Assembly: GCA_965240325.2 (NCBI GenBank)
Contig: OZ251238.1
Span: forward strand, 806,001-870,000
Direction: 5' to 3'
Source: Rebecca billardiae RCC1528
Taxonomy: Eukaryota; Protista; Haptophyta
DNA length: 64,000 bases
In this document: positions 1 through 10,945 of the stretch, one piece after another
How positions within the stretch are numbered: the first letter of the stretch is position 1
How the letters are laid out: every line of letters starts with the position of its first letter
Notes under the pieces: generated by a model
Databases searched by the model: none
What the model saw: only the letters and a program-made list of their open reading frames with translations
What the model was told of the DNA's origin: nothing
Program-made: the position numbers and the translations under genes

Positions 1-461
1 GGTGCGCGCCGTGCGGGACCAGAGGCACTGTCCCACCCGGTCGTATCAGGCCAGCGACGGATCAGCGAACGCTGATCCTTGCCGCGGGACGATGGAACAG
101 GCCGCGATGCATGGTATGCGACGCCACCGAGGCCGTGGTACAGCTAGGCACCGCTTGATGCGCGCCCACCAGTAGGGCGGCCAGGCGGCCTGCCGGCTGC
201 GGCTGGAGCGCGCTGTGCTCTCACGGCGCGAGACGGCCGCCAAGTTGCCGCGTGGATGCGATGTGCACGCCCTATGTCAGCTGCGGATCAGCAGTCGTCA
301 CGCGAAGCTCTAGTGCGTACTACGCCGTACTATGAGGAGTAGTGACTGCAGACTGCCCGTCTGCCCGGACTAGTGCAGATTGAGCAGTGATTACGACGGT
401 AGACTCCTAGTCGTCCGAGCCCTGATGATTCGGCCGCGGATCATTCAGACCAGTATAATAC

Positions 462-2357
462 TAGGTGGGCCCACTGGCCACTGTGGGATTATAGTGACGC
501 AGAGCGCGAGCTCATAGCGCGATGTTTACTTTCGTCTCGAGCTGGATTCCAGCCCCAGGAGATGGCCCCTGGCCTGCCTGGTTAAAAAACCAGTGGTACA
601 TGCTGTAAATATAGGGAGTAACGGTGGTCCTGTTTACTTATTGGAAATGGCCTGTGACCAATGTAACGGCCATGTAACGGGCGTCTTAAACGTGATATAT
701 AGGGTCGATAGACGTCACTTTGATATAGCACTTTGATGAGCTGATCATAGGTCTTCAGCAGCATGCACACCCATTGTCACATATACGGCGTATATGGGCA
801 CTGTGAGAATACGGGATAACGGCCGTTACACCCGTGCGTTACATATACACCGCCATGCTGATCAGCATGGCTGCCATAGTATTTCAGACTGTTTCAGACT
901 GCTCTCGTAGCAGCCGTACGGCGTGCATGTGACACCTAAGAATTTTTCCAACCCTTCTACCCTCGAAGGATGAGTCTTAAGGAGCCGTGGGCAAAGATTG
1001 AGCCGCACCGAGTCGCGGCGCCAGCCCGCCCGCCGTGGTCAAGGCAAGCAGGAGTGGTGCACGCGGCGCCGGGCCCATCCAGCAGCCCGCAGCGTAAACA
1101 CGGCGGACAAGGTTCGTCGAGAGCTCATCTGTGGCGTTCAAGGCAGGCACTGCTATGCATCGAACGCCTATTCTCATGCCCCGACCTAACCGTTGCTCTA
1201 CACTGCGACCAAGCTGTGTCCGAGCTGTCCTCAGCTTGACCGTCCTTTGCCTAACTGTGCGCAACGGCCGCTTCGTCGCAGCGCCGAGCTGGCTCGCCGT
1301 GGTGCGCGCGCGCGCGTAGCGATGTGCACTCATCACCGCTTCCTGCGTGGCAGCAGGGCGAGACATGGCTCGCAGGTAAGCTGATACGCCTGCTGACCGT
1401 GCACCGGCGTCGGCGGCGCCACCAACGTCCTCGGGCAGGCTCACGAAGGGCTCAAATCACTGGTGAACGCATCAACTGTACTGTCCGCAGCGAGCACGGC
1501 GCACAGCGGATGACCAAGCAGAGGCGGGGCGACTGCTGTGCGGCCGCGCGGGGGGAGTAGCTGGGCTCTTGAGGTACGCGTAGAGCCACGACAGGGCTCA
1601 ACAAGCGCATCAGCTGCGATCTACCCGGCTTGACGCGCAGCCCGACCTCGTGCAATCGTGTGGCTCGAGGCCCTCCAAGGGGCTCGTAGCTTCCAAACAC
1701 CTGAGGTGCGTCGGCACTGAGAGTTGAGTCGAGGCCGGGGAGGTAACAGACGGCACACGCATCCACTTTGACCGCTGTTTGACCATCAGATCCTTCCCCA
1801 AGTGCCCACGATCATGTGAATAGCCACAGCGTTCGGTCACACCGCGCAGACTTCCGGGGACCTGACCGACGAGGCGGGTCTCCGCAGGGCCACAGAAGTA
1901 GCTGGGCCTTGCCAGGATACCATGCATATGCTGTCCGAGTAACGCTCCGGAGTGTCCGAGTTGATTCGAGTGCGTCCCAAGCTCGCGTTGTGCACGCATT
2001 ACAATCCTCAAAGCTGTTCCGGTGTTTGAACGCGCGACTGTCGGCGAGAGATGGCGGACCGGGAAGATGACCCAGGGATGAACCGTTCGCATGGCTCGTT
2101 TCAGAGGGCTACGCAGTATGCCACGGGCGTGCGGCGCAGCGTGCCTCGCATGGTAGGCGGGCAAGCGCGGCGGACAACGCGCTGACGACGCGCACAGGTC
2201 GATCCCGGTCATCGTTTTCGCGAGCGACCGGCTTCCCGGACCGGGAGTTTGGCGGCCTGGAAAAAAGGGACTTCAGCGCGAGAAAAAGAGCACGGCTGCG
2301 GTCCGAAAAAGCCAGAGAGATTGTGTTTTCATTTTTAAATGGCTGTGGGCCCACCTA
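462..2357. mobile_element. Non-autonomous TIR DNA transposon (hAT/P-like termini), ~1.9 kb
   Basis: Perfect 13-bp inverted repeats TAGGTGGGCCCAC (462-474) and GTGGGCCCACCTA (2345-2357). Each is immediately flanked by the same direct repeat ATAATAC (455-461 and 2358-2364). The interior is lower in GC than the flanking genes and has no recognisable intact transposase ORF. Confidence 0.7.
661..901. repeat. Subterminal cluster of short palindromes/direct repeats inside the putative transposon
   Basis: TGTAACGG twice (662, 673) with its reverse complement CCGTTACA at ~823; hairpin CATATAC-GGC-GTATATG (780-796); perfect 20-bp palindrome GCCATGCTGATCAGCATGGC (852-871); tandem TTTCAGACTG x2 (882-901). 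Confidence 0.6.
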
Positions 2358-2606
2358 ATAATACGGCGCCCGAGTCCTAGAAGGCGGTCGTATGCCATTC
2401 TGCGCGTTCTGTATCAGTATATGATACCGACTACCGTTCGTTTGAAGCAGCAGACTTCACTATATACATAGCTCTTAAGGCCGCGAACAAGTAGCAGTTG
2501 CGTTAGTGAGGCTGCTGACGAGCCTGACGATATGACACTACGGCCCCATCGCCGCATGCGGCCGCGAGTAGTTGAGCAGCGTCGCCGCGGCCTCACGGCC
2601 TCCGAC

Positions 2607-3734
2607 TCACTGCTCCGTACTCGCCGTGCTCGCCTCGCGCCACGACGAGCGCCACGCCCCTAGCCTTGCGCGCAGGAAGAAGTCGACGATGTCCGCCATC
2701 CCCTGCTCGCACGTGAACGCGTGGAACCCGTACGCCAGGTTGAGCATCCCCTCGAGGTCCGAATTGTGGAATTCCACATGGGCGTACTCTGCGCGGCCCT
2801 CGGGGATCGCGCCGGAGAAGGGGCGGAGGGTGTGCCGCCAGCGCTCGCCGCGGGCGACCTCCTTGTCGTCCGGCATCGGGTTGAAGTTGACCAGGTTGTC
2901 GTCCGCGTCCAGCAGCCCGTCCCGCTTCAGGGCCAAGTACATGTCTGAGCTCGTGGCGGCGCTCACCGACGGCAGCTGCGACGCAAAGAAGCCAGGGCCG
3001 ATGTGGTACTGGCCGAGCTCGAGCTCGGCGGCGGGGACGCCGGCGCCGCGCAGGGCGCGCGTGGCGGCGTGGACTCGCGCGGCGCGCTTCGTGTCGCGCG
3101 CGTTGTACACGAGGAGCGTCGGCGGCTGCGCGCTCGCGCCGCGCTTGTCCGTCGTCGACTCAGTCACCCGGCGCGGGATGTCGGCGGGTGTGATCGCCAC
3201 GTGCGCCGTGAGGTTCAGCTTGCGCCGACGATGCCTGGCGAGCTCGAAGACGGGCACGGAGCCGGAGGAGAGCGAGATGGCGAAGAAGGGCAGCTTGCCG
3301 CCGCCACCCAGCTCGCGCTTCGCGTAGTCCATCCCCCATTCCATCAGGTGGCGGTCCCTCGGCCACTCCCACCCGCCGCGCGGCGTCCACGCGCGCCCGC
3401 CGAGCCAGGTGCGCTTGGGCGCGGAGACCATGAGCACGGCGAGCTGCGCGCGCACGAGCGCCTCCACCATGCACACCGTGCCGACGAAGCCCGCGCACAC
3501 CGGGCACGCGTCCGACTTGGGCCAGTACCGTCGCGCGGACGTCGCCGAGCCGTGCATGATGAAGACGACGCCGAGCGTCTCGGCGGCAGCCGGCCGCTCC
3601 CAGATGACCTCGACGGTCTGGTTCACGGCGAGATACGTCGGGGCGCTCGCGGCCGTCCACGCGAGCAGGAGGAGTGGGCAGAACCCGCGGCGCAAGCAGG
3701 CCACCGCACGAGTGCTGGTTGGCGGGGCCGCCAT
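2607..3734 (-). CDS. Secreted alpha/beta-hydrolase-fold protein (~375 aa), resembling an uncharacterised plant/algal family
   Basis: The first ATG (MAAPPTST..., 3734) is followed by a signal-peptide-like LLLLAWTAASA. Motifs: VVFIMHG, YWPKSDACPVCAG (CxxC), nucleophile-elbow-like AISLSSGS, candidate Asp in VYNARD and His in LAYGFH. The ORF-track start at 3860 is a GTG. Confidence 0.7.
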   Translation of the reverse strand: MAAPPTSTRAVACLRRGFCPLLLLAWTAASAPTYLAVNQTVEVIWERPAAAETLGVVFIMHGSATSARRYWPKSDACPVCAGFVGTVCMVEALVRAQLAVLMVSAPKRTWLGGRAWTPRGGWEWPRDRHLMEWGMDYAKRELGGGGKLPFFAISLSSGSVPVFELARHRRRKLNLTAHVAITPADIPRRVTESTTDKRGASAQPPTLLVYNARDTKRAARVHAATRALRGAGVPAAELELGQYHIGPGFFASQLPSVSAATSSDMYLALKRDGLLDADDNLVNFNPMPDDKEVARGERWRHTLRPFSGAIPEGRAEYAHVEFHNSDLEGMLNLAYGFHAFTCEQGMADIVDFFLRARLGAWRSSWREASTASTEQ

Positions 3735-4023
3735 CGCCCTTGTCGCTGCCGACCGCGCTTCGGCTTTGAGCGCGGGAATCGAAGCAGAAACGAAATCGAT
3801 TGACGATTCATTCGTCACATTCGTGTGATGCAAACGGTCTTTCTTCTCCGCCCGTGGCACCGGGCCGCCCCATGCACGCCGACCATGGCTTAGGACAAGA
3901 ATGATGACACAGCCGGTTGCAGCCTCGAGTCCGTTGGGCTACCTGGGCGCCTGACCCCACCCACGGCGAGGACGGGCGCAACGCGCGGTCGTGCGAGCGG
4001 AGCGGGCGAGGCGCGCAACGCCC

Positions 4024-7000
4024 CTAGCGCGACGCCGCAGCGTCTGCTGACGCGTCGTCCGCGGCCGCTTGGCCCGCTTGCTCGAGGAGCGCGTATGTGG
4101 CCGCCGCGTGGTCGTTCCCCGCCTCGCCGCTCGCGCCGAGCACGCGGCGCGTGTGCTCTGCCGCGTACCCCATCTCGCTCTCCATGCGGCGCACGATCCG
4201 CTCGTCCGGCTCGGCGTGCGTCACGCCGAGCCGTCGGCGCGCGGGCAGCGCGGCGCGCGCGTCGGCCCACGCGCGCTCGTACCACGCGCCGCGGCGCACG
4301 TCGGCGAGCCGCGCGCGCTCCGCGGGGAGCCGGACCAGAAGTGCATGGACGAGCGCCGCCGGCTCGGGCGAGAGCGCGGCCGAGACGCGCGGCTCGGCGC
4401 GCATGATGGCGCGCGTGTCGCTGAACGGCAGCTGCCCGTGCAGCAGCTCGTACAGCAGCACGCCGAGCGACCAGCTGTCCGACAGGAAGCCGTCGTACGG
4501 CTGGCGCTGCAGGATCTCGGGCGCGGCGTGCGCGGGCGTGCCGCACGGCACGCGCAGCAGCTGCCCCGGCCGCGTGCGCGCCGAGAGCCCAAAGTCGGTG
4601 ACGGTGAGCCGGCCGGCGGCGTGGAGCAGCAGGTTGGCCGGCTTGATGTCGCGGTGCACGATCATGTGCGCGTGGCACGCGCCGATACCCTCGCACGCCT
4701 GCACGAACAGCCGCCCCGCCTCCGGCTCCGCCAGCCCGCCCGCCGCCGCCTGCGGGCAGCGCGCGCGCAGATACGTCTCGAGATCGCCCGAGATCGCGAT
4801 CTCCATCACAAGATACAGGTGCGTGCGCGAGTCGACCACCTCGAGCAGCCGCGACACGTGCTCGTGCGGCAGCGCGCGCAGGATCTCGACCTCGCGCCGA
4901 AGCGCCCTGAGGTCGGCCTCGGTGCGCACGTCCGCCTTCTTGTAGCACTTGACGGCGACGAGCTGGCCGCTCAGGCGATGCACGCCTGCCTTGACCGCGC
5001 CGAACGCGCCACGGCCGAGCGTGCGGCCGAGGGTGTACAGCTGGAGCGAGTCGAGCGGGCGGTGGGCCGCGCCCCCGCCGCCTCGCCCCGCCGACCCCGC
5101 CGACCCCGCCGCCGCGCCGCCGTTCACCCCGCCCTCCGAGGACGCGACGAGCGCCCGAAGCGCCGACAGCTCAGAGGGGCTCGGCGGCTGCGCGGCGAGC
5201 GGAGTGCGCTCGAGCGCACGCGGGGCGCGCGCGCGCCGCGGGCTGGCGCGCTCCGCCTCGGGCTGCGAGCGCGCGCTGCTCGGCCCGGCGGCTGCGCTCG
5301 CCCCGTCCGGCGGCCGCGCGTCCGGCTCGCTCGGCGGCGCGGCGCGCAGGCCGCCCGCGCCCGCGCCGCCGCCCGCCTGTGCGCGCGCGGCGCGCGGCTC
5401 GCCCGCGCGCCGCGCCGCCTCGGCGTCGTCGTCGTCGGAGACGTCGTCCTCGTCGCCGCGCAGCAGCTCGCCCACCGCGCCGCCACGCCCGGGCCTCGCC
5501 ACCCCGCGCGCCGGGCGCAAGTGCCGCGCCGACGCGCTGCGTGCCAGCCTCCCCTCCCAGCCGGCGCCGTCGTCGTCGCCCGCGGCCGCGCGCGCGCGCG
5601 GCGCGCTGGGCGAGCGCGCGAGGGCAGGAGGCTGCTCGCCGTCAGCGCCGTCCGAGCGCGCGGCCGGGCGCGCCGGCCTCGGCCGCGCGGGCGAGCGCGC
5701 GGGCACGAGCGCCGCGCCCGGCGGGCTGTCTGGTGGGCTGAGCGCGCGTGCTCCCGTCGGCGCCGGCGCGAGCGCCGCCGCGCCCGGCGGCGACGGCGCG
5801 GCGCGCGCTTCACTCAGCGGGCGCTCCGGCGTGCGTGGCCGCCGAGTTGGCACCGCCAGGCCCTGGCCCTGCGCGCGCGCGCCGTTGGGCGCGAGCCGTC
5901 GCTGCGGATCGGCGCCGCCGCCGCCCTTCGCGTTCGGCGCCAGCGCCGCCCGGCTGCGCAGCACCGACTCGCCCCCTGCTGCTGCCGCCGCGGCGACGGG
6001 CGCCGCGGGCGCGGGCGGACGCGCGGGCGCGACGCGCGCGTGCGCGGAAGAGCCGCGCGCGCGCGCCTGCTGCGGCGGCGAGGGGCGCGGCTCGGGCGGC
6101 GCGCCGACGGGCGGCTCGCGCGGCGGCGCGGGCCGCTCCGCGCGCAGCGCGAGCACCTGCGCCTCGAGCTGCCGCACGAACGTGCGCTGCATTGCGTGCG
6201 CACGGCGCGCCTCCCCGGCATCGTGCAAAGCGAGCGTCGCGGCCGCGCGCGCGACCGCCGCGCGCCAGCGGCCGAGCGCGGCGGCGAGCGAGAGGTGCGC
6301 GAGGGCGAGTAGCACGCGCTCGAGCTCCGGCGCGACCAGCGCGCGCCCGTACGCGTCGCGCCGCGCGCCCTCGCCCTCCGCCTCGCGCTCCGCCGCCTGC
6401 TGCCTCCTGAGCGCTGCGCGTCGCTGCTGCAACGCGTCACTCAGCGAGCGCGGCGCGCCGCGCGGCTCGGGCTCGGCGGCGTCCGCGCGGTGCTCCGAGC
6501 CGCCGAGGGGCAGCGCGGCGACGGCGTCGAGCAGCTCGGCCAGCTGCGCGCGCGGCACGCCGAGCGCGCCCGCCTCGGCGCGCGCGCGCAGCTCGTCGGC
6601 TGCGGCGGTCGCGCGCTCGCGCGCTCGCTCCGCCTCGCGCTCGCGCGTCTCGCCCGTGGTCGGGGCGGTGCCCAGGGCGCGCAGCGCGCGCGAGACGGCG
6701 GCGAGGTCGAGCCCATCGCTCGTGCGCGGCTCCGCGGCGCGCGCGGGCGCGCACTCACGCCAGCGCTCGAGCGCGTCCGCGAGACACTGCGCTCGGACGT
6801 TTGCCGTCACGACTCGCATCGCCTCGAAGCGGAGGAGGACGGCGAGCTCGGCCGGGTGGGGCCGGGAGAGGCCGCATGCGGCGGTCCACGCGCGCAGCCC
6901 GGCCTCGAGCCGCGCGAGCGCCGCGTGCTCGACGAGCGCGTGCAGCGCGCCCAGCCGTGCACACGCCACATGCCGGGCTCGGCCGTTGGCCGCCATGTGC

Positions 7001-7059
7001 CGCGCGGGCAGCACCGGGAGCGCTGCGCTTGCAAGGCCAGCACCCGAGGGCGGCGTCAT
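4024..7059 (-). CDS. SNF1/AMPK/MARK-related (CAMK group) Ser/Thr kinase: long N-terminal extension, C-terminal kinase domain + UBA
   Basis: LGRGAFGAVK, VAVK, HRDIKPANLL, DFG, CGTPAHAAPE, DSWSLG in ~4280-5040, followed by a UBA-like DERIVRRMESEMGY...NDHAAATYALL. The start codon is uncertain (downstream Mets are possible). Confidence 0.88.
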   Translation of the reverse strand: MTPPSGAGLASAALPVLPARHMAANGRARHVACARLGALHALVEHAALARLEAGLRAWTAACGLSRPHPAELAVLLRFEAMRVVTANVRAQCLADALERWRECAPARAAEPRTSDGLDLAAVSRALRALGTAPTTGETREREAERARERATAAADELRARAEAGALGVPRAQLAELLDAVAALPLGGSEHRADAAEPEPRGAPRSLSDALQQRRAALRRQQAAEREAEGEGARRDAYGRALVAPELERVLLALAHLSLAAALGRWRAAVARAAATLALHDAGEARRAHAMQRTFVRQLEAQVLALRAERPAPPREPPVGAPPEPRPSPPQQARARGSSAHARVAPARPPAPAAPVAAAAAAGGESVLRSRAALAPNAKGGGGADPQRRLAPNGARAQGQGLAVPTRRPRTPERPLSEARAAPSPPGAAALAPAPTGARALSPPDSPPGAALVPARSPARPRPARPAARSDGADGEQPPALARSPSAPRARAAAGDDDGAGWEGRLARSASARHLRPARGVARPGRGGAVGELLRGDEDDVSDDDDAEAARRAGEPRAARAQAGGGAGAGGLRAAPPSEPDARPPDGASAAAGPSSARSQPEAERASPRRARAPRALERTPLAAQPPSPSELSALRALVASSEGGVNGGAAAGSAGSAGRGGGGAAHRPLDSLQLYTLGRTLGRGAFGAVKAGVHRLSGQLVAVKCYKKADVRTEADLRALRREVEILRALPHEHVSRLLEVVDSRTHLYLVMEIAISGDLETYLRARCPQAAAGGLAEPEAGRLFVQACEGIGACHAHMIVHRDIKPANLLLHAAGRLTVTDFGLSARTRPGQLLRVPCGTPAHAAPEILQRQPYDGFLSDSWSLGVLLYELLHGQLPFSDTRAIMRAEPRVSAALSPEPAALVHALLVRLPAERARLADVRRGAWYERAWADARAALPARRRLGVTHAEPDERIVRRMESEMGYAAEHTRRVLGASGEAGNDHAAATYALLEQAGQAAADDASADAAASR

Positions 7060-7091
7060 CGGCGGCGCCGTCCGGGCGGGGCGCGGCCGCG

Positions 7092-7995
7092 ATGGAGCAG
7101 CTCGTGATGTGGGTGCTTCGGCGGCTGGTCAGCGCCGAGCTGTTCGAGCTGCAGCCGCAGAACATGAGCCTGCAGCTGCTGCGCGGCCGCGTCGAGCTGC
7201 GCAACGCGCGGCTGCGCGCGGCCGCGCTGCGACGGCTCAACCTGCCGCTCGCCGTCACGCGCGCGTCGGTCGACTCGATCGACATCCGGCTGCCGTGGCA
7301 CGCGGACGCGTCGCGTTGGAACTGCGAGCTCACCGTGCGCGGCGTGCGCATCTCCACCTGCGCGCAGCGCGACGCGTCCTGGCACGGCGCGGCGGGTGGC
7401 GGCAGCGAGCAGCTTTCGGCCGAGCGCGCGCGCGAGCTCGCCGAGCTGAACGCGCGCGCGCCGCTCAAGGCGGCGGAGGGCGAGGGCGCGGAGGAGGACG
7501 AGCCGCCGGCGGCGCTGGCGCTCCTCGCCGAGGGCACCTTCCTCCGCCGGCTGCTCGAGCGCCTCGTGCGCCGCGTGCGCGTGTCTCTGATCGATGTCGT
7601 CGTCTCCGCGCAGGCGCAGCCGGGCGGCGGCGGCGGCGGCGGCGGGCCCGCGCCGCACCGGCTCGTGCTCGTGGCGGAGAGCGTGGAGGCGAGCGCGGAG
7701 CAGCGCACGCTGCCGCCCGCCGCGCCCGCGCCCGCTGAGCCGCGCCTCCCGCCGGGCGCGGTCTACTCGCTGGGGCTCAGGCTGACGGTCGCGGTGCAGT
7801 GGACGGGAGGACTGCCGGCGCACAGGGGCGCGCCTGCTGCCGGCGGCGGGCGGCACAGCAGGGGGCGGCTGAGCGCCGCGAGCGGCGGGGCGAGCGCGCG
7901 CGAGGACGGGCTGCCCGCCGCGCTCACCTCCGCCGTCGACAAGCTCCGCGCCGTCGCGGGCAGCAGCAGCGCGCTCCTCACCCCGCGCTCGGCGC

Positions 7996-8032
<37 letters not shown>

Positions 8033-10904
8033 GGGCGAGAGCGGCGGGCACTCGCGGCACGGCGCGCCGGGTGGCGGCGCCGGCGGCGGCGGCGCGGGCG
8101 CGGCCGAGCTGGCGGACGCGGAGTACTTGCTGCTGCCGTGCACCGTCGAGGGCAAAGGCACCTGGACGCAGCCGCCGCCGCCGCCGCCGGCCGCCGCCGA
8201 GCCGCGCCGCCCCGGCGGCTCTGAGCGCAGTGCGCACGCGCCGCCGAGCGCGCCGCCGCCGGTCGTCAAGTTCGACGTGGCCGTGTCCGCCGTGCAGCTC
8301 GCGGTGCACGAGGCGCACGTGCTGTGGGCGTGCTCGCAGCTCGCGCTCGCGCGCGTGCGCGAGCAGCTGCGCGCGGTGTGGACGCTGCGGCCGCGGCGCG
8401 CCGTCTCGGAGGCGCCGCGCGCGTGGTGGCGGTGGGTGCTGCGCGCGCTGACGGCGCAGCGGCGGCGGCGCGCGCGGATCGCGCGGCTCGGGCCGCGGCG
8501 CCGGCGGCACGCGCTGCGGCTGCAGTACGTCGCGCTCGTGCGCGCCGCGCTCGCGCAGCGCAAGCCGCACGCGCCGTCCGGCCCGGATGGAGTCCGGGTG
8601 GAATCTCTCGAGAAGCTTCTGGAGAGCATCGATCGGCTCGAGAGATCGCAGCGAGATGTGCCGCTGGACGACTGGCTCGCGTGGCGCGTCGAGGCGGGCG
8701 CGCGGCTGCGGCCGAGCGCGCGGCGCGGCGGCGGCGCGAGTGCCGCCGCCGCGCGTGCCTCGGGCCGCGCCGGCGCACAGAGCGCCGCGCCCCTCGGCGC
8801 GACCGCGCGTATGGCGCTTGGCGCGCTCCGGGGAGCGCGCGCCACGCTCACGGCCAGCCTGGCCTCTGTGCAGCTGGAGCTGGTGGGCGCGCTGGCGGCG
8901 GCGGCGGCGGGAGAGGAGGAGGAGCCCGCCGTGGGCGCGCAGCCGAGCAGCGGCGCGCGCGGCCGGCGCGCGACGCTCGACGCCGAGCCGAGCGCGGCGC
9001 CGCCTCCGCCCGCGCCAGGCACCCAGTCTCTGCTGCTGCGCGCGCGCGAGCTGTCGGCGCGCGCGGCCGTGGCGCTGACGGAGGAGACGGAGGATGGCGG
9101 CTCTGCGGGGCAGCAGCAGCGGCGGCAGCAGCAGCAGGAGAACGCGCGCGCCGAGCGGTCGGCGGAGCACGGCGATGCCGGCGGCGCGGCGGCTGACGAG
9201 CCGCCCAACGCCGCCGCGGCCGCGTTGCGCGGCCGCCCGCTCAGCATGGCGGCGGACGGTGATCTGCATCTGAGTGTTGGCTCTCTGTTCGCGAGCCACG
9301 AGCGGCGGACGCCGCTCGGCGCGGGCGCGGCGGGCGCGGGCGGCGCGACGGCGTCGGCCGAGCTGCCGGCGCGCGCGGAGCTGGGCACGGACGGCGCGGA
9401 GGCGGTGGTCGTTACACCGTTACTCTCTATGACGCACGTCGAGCGCTCGAGCTACGAGCCGCACGCCGAGCCGCTCGGGCGGCGCTCGCCGCGCGGCGGC
9501 AGGGCGGGCGACGCGGCTGGCGGCGGTGGCGGCGGCGACGCGTGCGCGGCCGGCGGCGAGGGCGCGGCGGGCGCGAGTGCGCAGCAGGAGGGCGAGGGCC
9601 GGGGCGGCGTTGGCAGCGCGAGCGCGCGCGTCTCCACGCCGCGCGGCGCCGCCGCAGCCACCGCGGCGGCGGGCGGCGGCGCTGGTGGCGGCGGCGGCGC
9701 GCCGCTTTCGCGGCGCGGCTCGCGCGACCGCGACCGTGGCGGCGGCGGCGACGCGGGCGCGGCGGGCTCGGAGGCGGGCCAGCAGGTGCAGCGGCTGCTG
9801 CAGAGTGTGAGTGATACCGTCAGCGAGACGCTCGACTCTGTCACCGACACGATCGCGCCGCTGCTCGGCGCGCGCTTGCACCGCTGGGGGCGGCGGCGCG
9901 GCCGCGACGAGCCGAGGCCGGCGGTGCAGCTCACGGCGAGCGCACGGCTCGCGAGGACCTGGACGGTCGCGGCCGCGGCGGCGCGGCCGGCGGGCGGCGG
10001 CGGCGCGGCCGGCGGCGGCGCGGCGCAGCCCCCGCCGCACGACCCGACTCGTCAGGAGCCGCCTCGTGAGCCGCATCTGGCGCTGGCACTCGCGTCGGGC
10101 ACGCCGGTCGTTGTCTGCATCGGCACGCCCGCGCTCGGCTGGCTGTGCGCTCTGGCGTACGAGGTTGGGGCCGCGCTCGCGATCTCGCCGCGGCTCGTCG
10201 GCGAGAGCGCGGACGGAGGCGGCGGGGGCGCGGACGGAGGCGGCGGGGGCGCGGACGGAGGCGGCGGGGGCGCGGACGGAGGCGGCGGGGGCGCGGACGG
10301 AGGCGGCGGGGGCGCGGACGCGCGCTGGGGCCCGTCGGCCCCGAGCGCGCCCGCGGCGCACGGCAGCAGCAGGCCCCGCGCGCCGCCCTCGCCGCGGCGC
10401 GCGCCCGCGTTCGCGAGCGTCGTCGCGCAGCTGGACATCGGCCCAGCGAGCCTCGTGCTGCCGGCGGATCTGGCGTACTTCTGCGCGCCGCCCGCAGGCG
10501 TGGCGCCGGCGCCGACCGGCGTGGCGGCGCACGGCGCGACGCGCGGCGCGCGCGCGGCCGCGGCCGAGGCGGCGCGGCGCGCCGAGGCGCGCGCGGGCGC
10601 GCTCGTCCTGCGCTGCGGCCGCGTGCACGCGCACGCGGCCGCGCGCGCGCTCGGCGGCGCGGGCGCGCGCGCGGGCGCGGGCGCGCGCGTCGGCGAGAGC
10701 CCGTCCGTTGACCTCGCGGTGCGCGCGCTTACGCTGCTCACGCCGAGCGACCGTGTGTCCGCGGCGATGCAGGCGCAGGCGAGCGCGGACGCGGCGGCGG
10801 CGACGCGGGCGGCAGAGGCGGCGGCGCACGCCGCGGCCGCCGCGGCGGCTTCCGCGCGGCGGGAGGCGGAGGGCGAGGGCGCCGCCGCCGCTGGCGACGA
10901 TGGC

Positions 10905-10945
<41 letters not shown>

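Noticed and set aside
2221-2358. Peptide ...RKRARLRSEKAREIVFSFLN resembling the end of a hAT dimerisation domain
   Set aside because: The upstream W...P.L..LA...S...ER.FS part is missing and the frame runs into the TIR. Too weak to call without an HMM search (Dimer_Tnp_hAT).
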